Source: Clostridia bacterium
GTDB lineage: Bacteria; Bacillota; Clostridia; Christensenellales; UMGS416
Length of the DNA stretch: 64,000 bases
Assembly: GCA_016938675.1 (NCBI GenBank)
Contig: JAFGUF010000012.1
Coordinates: forward strand, 70,076-134,075
Direction of reading: 5' to 3'
Below the pieces are notes generated by a model. It made no database searches. It was not told the DNA's origin and worked only from the letters and a program-made list of their open reading frames with translations. Positions 41,701 to 49,494 of this stretch are shown here, in pieces (position 1 is the first letter of the stretch; each line of letters opens with the position of its first letter). A program made the translations under genes and the position numbers.

Positions 41701-43606
41701 AAAAGACCTGGAAATCATTGTTGATATCGGCAGCGACGTGCCTGAAATAGTGGCCGGAGACCCCCACAGGCTGGGGCAGATCATTGGCAATCTTGTAAAC
41801 AACGCGATAAAATTCACCCAAAAAGGCCACGTCATCGTTAAAATAGAGAATGAAACCGGCAGCGATGGAGCCCGCAGGCTGAAAATAGCCGTCAATGACA
41901 CCGGAATAGGCATGAATAAAAAACAGATGAGCAAACTCTTTATTCCGTTCTCTCAGGCGGATACATCCACCACGCGGAAATACGGCGGCACAGGGCTTGG
42001 GCTTGTTATAACCAAGGAACTGGTTGAGCTGATGGGCGGCACAATAGCAGTAACCAGCCAGGAAGGCAAGGGCAGCACATTCGAAGTTTCCCTGCCTGTC
42101 AAGGATGCAGAGGGCGCAACCTCGGATTACCGGTTTGTCAATGAAATAAAAATATTGCTAATCGAAGAAAATGAAGCAGCTGCCGAAGTAATATGCGGCT
42201 ACATTTCCCTGTCCGGATGCGAATGCACTGGAGTGAACAGCCTTGCTAAAGGGATCAAGCTGATAAAGGAAAATAAATACGACATAGTCCTCGCCAGCAG
42301 CATGGAGAACGAAGCACATGACAAAACATTCGGAAAAATCAAAAAAGCTTTCAGGAAAAGCAGCCACGCAAAGGTAATATTTATGCAGGGCGGCAAAAGT
42401 ACTGAGCAGCCTATAGAAGACAAGGAACAGTATCTGGTTCTGCTTAAGCCCATATTCCCCTCAAACCTGTATAACGCTATCAACCTGAGCCTGACTGACA
42501 CGCAAACTATTGTGAAAGAACTAACAGGAAATAATGCAGGCGGTGAAAAACTATCCGAAGTCGAAAAATCCAGAATTCTGATTGTGGAGGACAACGAAAT
42601 CAACAGGCTAGTTGCTAAAGACATTCTGTTGAAGGCTGGCTTCCGCATAGGAGAGGCAGAAAACGGCGAGGAGGCCATAAACGAGATTCACAGCCGTAAA
42701 TATGACCTGATACTTATGGACATACAGATGCCTGTGCTGGACGGATACGAGGCCACCGAGATTATTAGAAAGGAATTCACCAAGGAAGAATTGCCTATAA
42801 TAGCACTGACGGCAGACGCTGTAGTGGAAACAAGGAACAAAGTATTTGAAATAGGAATGAACGACTACCTGAGCAAGCCTATTGATATGGATAAACTTTT
42901 CAGTAAGCTTATAAAGTGGCTGAAGATAAAAGACACCTTTGTAACTGAAGGCCCCGTTGAGGACAAGGCTCACATTATAGAAATTATGAAGACAATTCTT
43001 TATGATTTCAATGTGGAAGAAGCCCTCAAAAGAATCGGAAACAACATTGAGTTCTACTCAAATATACTCAATAAGTATTCCGGCGAAAACGCAGACCTTG
43101 CGGAGACTATGAACCTTCACTACGAAAATAAAGACTACGATAAATTCAGGTTCATTGTACATTCAGCAAAAGGCGTGGCGGCATACCTCGGAGCGGACGC
43201 ATTGAAGAATATATTCCTGGAGATAGAGACAAAATTGCGCGAAAAAGGCCCCGGAATATACATAAAGACGCTTATTTTTGACTCGGAAAAGCTGCTTAAG
43301 AATATGTTCAATGAAATAAGAATGATGAACATAAAATTAAGAGAAATGGGCGTAACAGATTTATCAGAAAACAGGCAGCACGAAAAAGAGCAGGTGCTAA
43401 AGGACCTGCATGCTCTAATAAGGCTTACTAAAAGCAGTGACCCGGCTGCAGCAGACAAGATTGAAGGGCTGAAGTTCACCATAGGCAACAAGAACATTCA
43501 TGGAATGCTGGATGTAGTGGCCGAATACCTCAAAGCCCGGGAATACGATAAAGCGCAGATAGTAGCAAGAAATATTCTGGACATTGTGCAGGGACTGGAA
43601 AGCTAA
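38711..43606 (+). CDS. Hybrid sensor histidine kinase (dCache_1-HAMP-4xPAS-HisKA-HATPase-REC*-REC-HPt)
   Basis: YDPRIRQWY Cache motif, DEIG.LA..FN HAMP, FLANMSHEIRTPMN H-box, NAIKFT/DTGIG/GGTGLGL, LMDIQMP.LDG, HSAKG. Confidence 0.92.
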   Translation: MKLTAKLFTVFAIFAVFIFLLITQQLIPRLKDQYLDEQKNEHMESLQNNVKFLENYVSEISFDINYISNRDIIYPPVENYYTSYINAESNDFVYSPNTDETALVDFIRNYKEANHHIEDIFIGFPDGSFIAENPYVLIGDEKSRIFNYDPRIRQWYIKAMESPGETIISSPYHRIHILEGTESSDPINYYLTVARMIQSPDGTQTAVVGINICLEDIMHMLMYSSNGGIYSLGMLFDNGKYCLMGSDGLKVEDTEAAPEFSAILMSSDNHIHFDSEEIGINFCVTKQDMSYVGTKLFYLTDLKIIEENSQEFIRPIIIGVSIIAAFFAAVIMILLEYYIVYPLGKLDKVTSHIRDTMDLSQKVEYTSKDEIGILANNFNFMMSEIKAYRDNMDLIVKDRTRELDIFSTVITQSTSGIIMTNTDGVIEYANPRFSEMTGYEPDEIIGKKPDFIAVEGHNRQYYSELISTVLGGNGWEGTFLNRKKNGEIFYDKSRIFPVKDENGKIINLVAIKNDITQRILTEEQLKNTREDYQMILDSVDEGIIGIEKSGNISFANRKACELLNCTKHKLVEENISRLFVRNYDIVGSEISNIEQIMEDIKNSKAVYIEREVINRTEGEQFVAELSIAPVIRNNAHLGAVVLIKDLTERLKMESSLEILFENMPNGFAEYEMVYDTKGKAADYRYLKINSSFKAQTGLGNDVIGKCAVEEMPEIEKNRSEMFKEVVGTRLPITFEEYSAVLERHFRITVFPTGRRTFAAIFDDITESRQSEKLMAENERRLRFIFETTPFGIVTTVRGIIYYANPNFERMTGLSVRDSAFEAYYDTNDRNEMLDRLNKGIPVLNYEARFFKASGQIGYALVSMVKTDIEGEEGLLAWLLDITDIKKSEEQLIVAKEQAEAATKAKSDFLANMSHEIRTPMNAVIGLNKLLQDTELNTKQADYVDKIDRSAVQLMNIINDILDFSKIESGWMETENIKFRLEEVIKDQISIVSLQAYKKDLEIIVDIGSDVPEIVAGDPHRLGQIIGNLVNNAIKFTQKGHVIVKIENETGSDGARRLKIAVNDTGIGMNKKQMSKLFIPFSQADTSTTRKYGGTGLGLVITKELVELMGGTIAVTSQEGKGSTFEVSLPVKDAEGATSDYRFVNEIKILLIEENEAAAEVICGYISLSGCECTGVNSLAKGIKLIKENKYDIVLASSMENEAHDKTFGKIKKAFRKSSHAKVIFMQGGKSTEQPIEDKEQYLVLLKPIFPSNLYNAINLSLTDTQTIVKELTGNNAGGEKLSEVEKSRILIVEDNEINRLVAKDILLKAGFRIGEAENGEEAINEIHSRKYDLILMDIQMPVLDGYEATEIIRKEFTKEELPIIALTADAVVETRNKVFEIGMNDYLSKPIDMDKLFSKLIKWLKIKDTFVTEGPVEDKAHIIEIMKTILYDFNVEEALKRIGNNIEFYSNILNKYSGENADLAETMNLHYENKDYDKFRFIVHSAKGVAAYLGADALKNIFLEIETKLREKGPGIYIKTLIFDSEKLLKNMFNEIRMMNIKLREMGVTDLSENRQHEKEQVLKDLHALIRLTKSSDPAAADKIEGLKFTIGNKNIHGMLDVVAEYLKAREYDKAQIVARNILDIVQGLES

Positions 43607-43824
43607 AAGAGCGTAAAAGCAAAAAAAATGAGCTGAATTGAACCTGTTTTTCAGGTTCTTTTTATAAATATTCTGAAAATAATTCGAATTCACAAAAATG
43701 TGATATTTTTAACAAAGAATGTTTATCTTTTTATGGTAGCATTCTTTAACATTGGGGCGCAGCGAAATAGATAGATAAAGAGCGTAGATAAAGCACACTG
43801 CTGCATGAAGCCTGAGGAGGAGAA

Positions 43825-44337
43825 ATGAAGAAAACCTATTTCACAAGCATAGCAAACACTATTATTGAAGGCCTAATTAATGTATTCATAATAACAGGCC
43901 TTATTATATCCTTTTTTTTCATTCTTCGCCAAACAGGTGTGTTCCATATTGATGCCGCATGGCTTGCATTTTTCACGCTGTTATTTTTTGTGTTTGTAAT
44001 TAATGTTCACTTTGCACGCATAGGAATGTACAGCAGGGTGACCCTATCCGAGGAAGGCATATACCACAGGCAGGTCATTATAGTTCAGAGCATGATAAAA
44101 TGGTCTGACGTGAACGAGGTGAAAATCGTCAACGAACTCAAGTCCTATCACAGGACAGTTGAAGTGCCTGTTATTCTGGTAATTGGAATGGATGACAAGG
44201 GAATGGAAAAGGCAATCAAGATAGATTTCAGGAAAAGTATATACAACAGGATAATTGAAAATATGCGGCTGGACAGAGTAAAGCACACTGAAAAGATGGA
44301 TAAATATTTCGATGAGATGGAAGAAAGCGGACTATAA
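43825..44337 (+). CDS. Hypothetical membrane protein (2 TM + PH-like domain)
   Basis: Strong GAGGAGG RBS, two TMs, SEEGI..IKWSDV.EV pattern. Confidence 0.7.
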   Translation: MKKTYFTSIANTIIEGLINVFIITGLIISFFFILRQTGVFHIDAAWLAFFTLLFFVFVINVHFARIGMYSRVTLSEEGIYHRQVIIVQSMIKWSDVNEVKIVNELKSYHRTVEVPVILVIGMDDKGMEKAIKIDFRKSIYNRIIENMRLDRVKHTEKMDKYFDEMEESGL

Positions 44338-44349
44338 AGTCCGCTTTCT
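44321..44349. terminator. Bidirectional terminator
   Basis: AAGAAAGCGGACT-ATAA-AGTCCGCTTTCTT. Confidence 0.75.
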
Positions 44350-44375
44350 TATAAAAGATTGTTTTTTTCGTCTGC

Positions 44376-44783
44376 TCAGTTCATTCTTCCATGCCTTGCG
44401 GCCTTTATTTCGCTGTCTTTAATATGCGGCTGAAGCACGACTTCATTGATTGCTATCTCCTCGGCCATTTTTTCCAGCTGTGCATTGTGCTCTGCAAGGG
44501 TGAAGAAGTCATCAGTCTTCGGCGATGGATACAGCCTTTTGAGCTCCGCTTTGGCCTCTGCCATCCTCCTCGCTGCCCTATCGTTGATTTCCGCCAGTAT
44601 ATACTGGAATTCGTTGTAGGCGCTGTAGGCCTCGTATGCTAGCGGTGCGGTCTTTTTCATGTGCTCCATAGCCATTGAGCCGTATTTTCCTATAATTACA
44701 TTAGTTCCAAAGTTATAAATGGGCGTAAAACTTCTGTAGTGTTTTGCTTGTTCAATATTTTGAAATACCAGATTGCTGTTCAT
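44376..44783 (-). CDS. TnpV-family protein (orphan, no transposon genes nearby)
   Basis: IGKYG.M..HMK..P..Y..LAEINDRA..R..AEEI..EV pattern typical of TnpV. GAGGG RBS. Confidence 0.7.
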   Translation of the reverse strand: MNSNLVFQNIEQAKHYRSFTPIYNFGTNVIIGKYGSMAMEHMKKTAPLAYEAYSAYNEFQYILAEINDRAARRMAEAKAELKRLYPSPKTDDFFTLAEHNAQLEKMAEEIAINEVVLQPHIKDSEIKAARHGRMN

Positions 44784-44815
44784 TTTCAGTACCCTCTTTC
44801 ATTGATTATGTCTTT

Positions 44816-44848
44816 ATTGTACACAAACCAATGTCCGAAAATACGGAC
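44816..44848 (-). promoter_or_regulatory. Promoter of TnpV-like gene: TACAAT -10 with GTCCG-N6-CGGAC palindrome at the -35 position
   Basis: Palindrome 44833-44848, -10 at 44816-44821, no TTGACA-like hexamer at 17 bp spacing. Confidence 0.55.
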
Positions 44849-44856
44849 TTTGAACC

Positions 44857-45831
44857 CTATTTATATGCCTTCAGCACTGTTTTTAGGTGATTTTTGTACT
44901 TTTCTGCTACACTTTCCGGCGAAACTATCATCACGTCACTGCCAAACTGAAAAAGCCATGCAAAAAATGTGCTGCTGACAGCTACATTCACCTTAACTGC
45001 AAATGCGTTTTCTGAGTGCCTTCTTAATGTTATATCCATTCCGAATTTATCTAGAAAAGCGCCTGCTAAGTGGTTGCCTGCGGATATCACCACATCCTCA
45101 TATTCGCCATGGAACATGGAAAACACGCTGGTTGCGTAGACTGCTGCGTCCGGCTTTTGCTTGGGTATGTCTGCATCATCTGGGAGTACCTTTACATTGA
45201 TCATCTTGTCTGCGCGGAAATTGGTGAATTCCTCTCGGTCTTTATCGTATGCAACCAGATAATATTTTTCATCGTCCCACAGAAGAAGCGACGGAGTGTA
45301 GATATATTCCCTGCCGCCTTTTCTCGGCACCAGGTTTTTGTTTGTGTCATATTCGCAGTACTGGAAGGATATTTTCCTGCCGTTTGCTATGGCTTCGTGT
45401 ATTGCGTCAATGCTGTAGTAGAGCCTCTCATTTGCCATCTTTGCCCTGCCCGTCACAACGACCTGCCTCTGCAGCCTAGCTGCGCTGTTTATATCCGTTA
45501 ATTTCTTTATCTTGTTTATCAGTTCAATGCTCTTTTTGCTGGTTATCACTCTGGAGGATAGCACAGCATCCATCAGAAGCTTTATCTCCGCCAGCTCGAA
45601 GTCCCTTGAAGCCATATAATAACCCTTGGGTTCTGCCTTGCTGTTTTGTATATCATATCCGAAAGATATCAGCGTCTCAATAGCCGAATATATGGACTTT
45701 CGCTCCATCTCCGCACCGTAATTAGCAAGCCTTTCAATCAGCTCGTTTGCGGTTAACGGGTGCTCTTCATTTGTATTTTCGATGAGTATTTTCAGCAAAT
45801 ACAGCATTTTTTCATTCTGCTTCATGGTCAT
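44857..45831 (-). CDS. WYL-domain transcriptional regulator (wHTH-WYL-WCX)
   Basis: N-terminal wHTH (HPLTANELI..ERKSIY..I..L), YYLVAYD..FRADKM WYL core, FFAWLFQFG..IVSPES WCX. Confidence 0.9.
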   Translation of the reverse strand: MTMKQNEKMLYLLKILIENTNEEHPLTANELIERLANYGAEMERKSIYSAIETLISFGYDIQNSKAEPKGYYMASRDFELAEIKLLMDAVLSSRVITSKKSIELINKIKKLTDINSAARLQRQVVVTGRAKMANERLYYSIDAIHEAIANGRKISFQYCEYDTNKNLVPRKGGREYIYTPSLLLWDDEKYYLVAYDKDREEFTNFRADKMINVKVLPDDADIPKQKPDAAVYATSVFSMFHGEYEDVVISAGNHLAGAFLDKFGMDITLRRHSENAFAVKVNVAVSSTFFAWLFQFGSDVMIVSPESVAEKYKNHLKTVLKAYK

Positions 45832-45976
45832 TACCTTTTTAATTATTATGATGTCATTTTATCATCTGGTGCATGCCTTTGCAATCCATTTACATATAAG
45901 AAAGCCAAGAAAAGCTGCTGGAATATTTCGATATGGAGTATTATGACGACTAATATTCTTAACTGAATGCAATGTA

Positions 45977-46002
45977 AAAGCCTCGGAAAATCCGAGGCTT
46001 TT
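45977..46002. terminator. Intrinsic terminator
   Basis: AAAAGCCTCGGA-AAA-TCCGAGGCTTTT. Confidence 0.7.
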
Positions 46003-46035
46003 TAAATTCAATATATGCTATTTTAAATATTGTTC

Positions 46036-47190
46036 TTATCCGAAGTTTGTATATACCAAAGCTGCATCAGTGTATCCTAAATCAGGATCGAAGAGATACA
46101 GGTATCCATATGCGCCGTCATATTCATAGTCAATCATGAATGAGTATGATTCTCCGTCGGAATACAAGAAATAGATATAGCCGTCATATACATACCATTC
46201 TATCTCATAATACTCATCTTCGAATTCGTCTTCGCCTGTATAGTATGATGAAAGGAAGATGCGATTATAAAAATCAGTATACTCATAGGAGCCATCCGGA
46301 TTGTATACATATGTAGCATACCAGTCAATATCGGTAATATAGTATTCGAGCTCTGCATCTGACAGGTAGTCTGCAAGAAGAATTGAATCGCCGTAGTCAG
46401 GAACTTCCACCTGTCCGCCCATGTCCTTATATTCCATCATTCCGTCATAGGTAGTCTTTTCAAGGTATATGCCAATGCCGTTAACTGTCATTACCAGCAC
46501 ATTTAATCCGTCTACAGTTTCAAAGGAAAGATCAACCGTATATTCGTCGCCCTCCTCGGTGTAGTTGATAGTGTCGTCATCTAAGAATGTAAATGCATTG
46601 TTTGATGTGTCGGGCTCAAAATTATCATAAAAATCCATTGACTGTCCGTCAAAATCAATTGCCTGTCCAAAAACTCTGTAATCATCTGAAAGCTCACCAT
46701 CATATCCGCAAATCAGCCAGAATCCCTGAATCTCAGCGAGTATTTCTTCGCCCAGCTCATATGGGGTAATAACGACTTCAACTACGGTTGCAAAGGCTCT
46801 CTCCTCATAGTTGCCGCTTGCTTCCTCGGCATTTATTTCGAATTTATACCCGTCTCCTCTGCCCGCGGCATAATATTCTCCCTTTCCGTCGTCGCTTTCG
46901 TCAACCGTAATGCCATTGCCGTCAAACAAATCTTCGTAAAAATCTATTACATCGTCAATTTCATCTTCAGTTCCGTATTTTATTACTATTTCGTCGTCGT
47001 CTTCGTCAGCTTCAAATACAATTGCGTCATCATAGATTTCCAGCTCCTTGTCGGGATAATCTCTGCTGTATTTTACTCCGTCCACATATTCATCCGGAAG
47101 AGGATCGAGAATATTTGTGATTACTGCGCATCCGCTCAGCAGCATAGCAGCACTCATCATTAAAACCAAAAGTAATGTAATCTTTTTCAT
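46036..47190 (-). CDS. Highly acidic hypothetical lipoprotein
   Basis: Lipobox LLSGC, D/E/Y-rich sequence, lipocalin-like IQGFW segment. Confidence 0.75.
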   Translation of the reverse strand: MKKITLLLVLMMSAAMLLSGCAVITNILDPLPDEYVDGVKYSRDYPDKELEIYDDAIVFEADEDDDEIVIKYGTEDEIDDVIDFYEDLFDGNGITVDESDDGKGEYYAAGRGDGYKFEINAEEASGNYEERAFATVVEVVITPYELGEEILAEIQGFWLICGYDGELSDDYRVFGQAIDFDGQSMDFYDNFEPDTSNNAFTFLDDDTINYTEEGDEYTVDLSFETVDGLNVLVMTVNGIGIYLEKTTYDGMMEYKDMGGQVEVPDYGDSILLADYLSDAELEYYITDIDWYATYVYNPDGSYEYTDFYNRIFLSSYYTGEDEFEDEYYEIEWYVYDGYIYFLYSDGESYSFMIDYEYDGAYGYLYLFDPDLGYTDAALVYTNFG

Positions 47191-47346
47191 ATCTCCCACA
47201 CTTTCTTTTTGTTTATTTAAAGAATAATTATATCATAAAATACAGTATTTGTTTATTTTTATTTAGCTTTTCGGTCTTTTGACACACAAAAAAGCGCCTG
47301 ATTCCGGCATAAAAGCCGTATTAAGCGCTTTAGTACTATATAGCTG

Positions 47347-47757
47347 TCATTTTCTGCTGGTTATGACAGGTATGTAATAAAAAATTGGTATAATGAGAAA
47401 TGCTACCCATGATATTGCCCATCCGCCATATATAAAATTCCACAAAAAGAAGATTATTATAGCAAGCACCGATCCGATAGCCGCCCATGCCTCCTGCTTT
47501 TTCTTGATTCTGTTTTTGTACTCCCTGTTTTCAATGGCTTTGTCGCTTATTTCTATATCTCCGTTTAGTATTTCATCAATGCTGATACCATAAAGCTCAG
47601 ACAGTGCAATAAAGTTGTCGGTATCAGGCGATGATTCCGCTCTCTCCCATTTTGATACGGCCTGCCTTGATACCCCCAGCCTCTCTGCAAGTGTCTCCTG
47701 AGATAGGCCGTGGCTTTTTCTTAGCTTGACCAGTTGGTTTGCTGTCTCGACGTTCAT
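47347..47757 (-). CDS. XRE-family HTH protein with C-terminal TM helices
   Basis: LRKSHGLSQE.LAERLGVSRQAVSKWE..PD, two C-terminal TMs. Confidence 0.88.
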   Translation of the reverse strand: MNVETANQLVKLRKSHGLSQETLAERLGVSRQAVSKWERAESSPDTDNFIALSELYGISIDEILNGDIEISDKAIENREYKNRIKKKQEAWAAIGSVLAIIIFFLWNFIYGGWAISWVAFLIIPIFYYIPVITSRK

Positions 47758-47875
47758 AAGCGCCTCCTTTTTTTGATTTTATTGTACCTTTGTTGTGTGG
47801 CGCTTTCCACCAAGTCTGCTTTCATTTTTCGCAACTATTGGTTGCATTAGCATGAAAATGCTCTGTTTAGGGCGT

Positions 47876-48799
47876 TTATGTGTGATTCTCCGTTTGTTCT
47901 GCCTGCTCGGCCAGCGGCAAATCCCTCTTACGGTATGTGGAAAGATAAACTGCAGCCACGACCAGTATTCCGCCTATTATCTCATTAGGCCTGAGGTACT
48001 CCTTCAATATTATCATCGAGGCGATTACCGTAATAATGGGCTGAATGTTGATAAAAAGCGTCGTTGTAACCATTCCAAGGCTTTTGAAAGCATACATATA
48101 CAAAAGTATGCCGATTGCAGAGCAGAAAACAGCTAGAAAGAGCAGATGCGACCCTAATTCTAAATTGATGACCGGCATGCCTTCACCCGTAAAAAGGAAT
48201 ATTGCAATCAGTGATACAGCTCCTGAAGTCATTTGAACAGACGTGATGGCAAGGGGCGAATAATGCTCGTACAAAGGAAATGTGATATAGTTAAACACCA
48301 CCCATGAAAGCGCTGCCCCCAGCATAAAAACATACCCTATCAATTTGCCTGTCATCTCAATCTTTTCAAACCCTATCCCCATTACTGCCGCCACACCTGC
48401 AAGGGACATTATGACGCCCAGTATTTTAAAGAGCGTCAGGCTTTCTCTGCCGGATACCCTCTGAATGATCAGCGACATTACAGGTATTGCTGCGAGTATT
48501 ATGGCCGCCAACGCCGGGGAAGTATATTTCACCCCATAGATTTCGCACACAAAATAGCACACTATGCCCACAAATCCGCTCAATATTAGCCGCGGCAAGT
48601 GCTTTGGGTTGACTTTTGTGTTTTTCTCCTTCAGCTTCCATATAACCATCAGTATAGCCGCCGCAATTATGCAGCGAAGCATAGCCAGAGTAACAGGCTG
48701 CATATACCGAAGGCAAACTGCCGTTGAAAGATAGCTGAACCCCCAGAAACTGACTGATAGTATTATTGCAACGTAGGGAAATATCCCTTTTTTGTTCAT
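47876..48799 (-). CDS. EamA/DMT family transporter
   Basis: About 10 TMs, FWGFSY, two EamA repeats. Start placed at MNKKGIF. Confidence 0.88.
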   Translation of the reverse strand: MNKKGIFPYVAIILSVSFWGFSYLSTAVCLRYMQPVTLAMLRCIIAAAILMVIWKLKEKNTKVNPKHLPRLILSGFVGIVCYFVCEIYGVKYTSPALAAIILAAIPVMSLIIQRVSGRESLTLFKILGVIMSLAGVAAVMGIGFEKIEMTGKLIGYVFMLGAALSWVVFNYITFPLYEHYSPLAITSVQMTSGAVSLIAIFLFTGEGMPVINLELGSHLLFLAVFCSAIGILLYMYAFKSLGMVTTTLFINIQPIITVIASMIILKEYLRPNEIIGGILVVAAVYLSTYRKRDLPLAEQAEQTENHT

Positions 48800-48913
48800 A
48801 TATTTTAATCCCCTTTTAGATGGGTATATATTATCATATTGCTGCATTATAATAAAGTGGAGTTTTTAGTAAAAGAGTTAAGGAAAAGCTTGCTTTAGTG
48901 CTAAAGTGCCTAT

Positions 48914-49352
48914 CACCCTTCCGCCCTCATTCTTCAGGCACCTCGGCTTTCACAATTTCTACGAAATTGCTTGCGCCCAGCGCCTCAATGGGAGGCTTAT
49001 CGAAAAATATGCAATTCTAACTATAAGGCTCCCCTTAAGGGGAGCTGTTGAGCGCAGCGAAACTGAAGGGTGTCGCTACCCTTTTTAGTGGCTTTCAGGG
49101 GAATGGAGAAGTGAACTGCTCGCCTTTCCGACCTCTCTGCCTTCCTTCGTCAGGCATCTCCCCTTAAAAGGGGAGACTTATCGCTGCATAAACTAAGTTA
49201 ATTATGAGGCTCTCCTTGTAGGAGAGCCCGACTAATAATTAAAGTAGAACGAAATTCCCCGCCTCCCATAATCAGGGGAGGTGGCGCCCGCAGGCGTCGG
49301 AGGGGTTTTTATTCTATATTAACAAAACCCTCCTAAGACGTCCCCCTTGGAA
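48914..49352. repeat. Dense array of family-A repeats in alternating orientation
   Basis: Units at 48914-48998(-), 49026-49072(+), 49131-49179(-), 49207-49229 (half), 49261-49310(+) and 49326-49352(-). Consensus GCYTCCCC..GGGGAG-hairpin-GAGGGG. Confidence 0.8.
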
Positions 49353-49494
49353 TAGCTAAAGCCAATTTTTAAATAAAACTAAAGAAAAATCAAAATACCT
49401 CTTTTATAATATTTAAAAGGTAGTATAATCTAAATTGATATGTGAAAATATATCGGGTGAATATTATATTTTTATTTATGAGAGGATAAAAAGA

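Noticed and set aside
43667-43681. CodY-box-like AATATTCTGAAAATA
   Set aside because: A degenerate AT-rich match in AT-rich intergenic DNA; not supportable alone.
44376-44783. Tn4451-like mobilisable transposon around tnpV
   Set aside because: No serine recombinase, relaxase or cargo gene nearby, and composition matches the host.
48914-49352. CRISPR array
   Set aside because: Units are degenerate, alternate in orientation and are irregularly spaced, with no cas genes.
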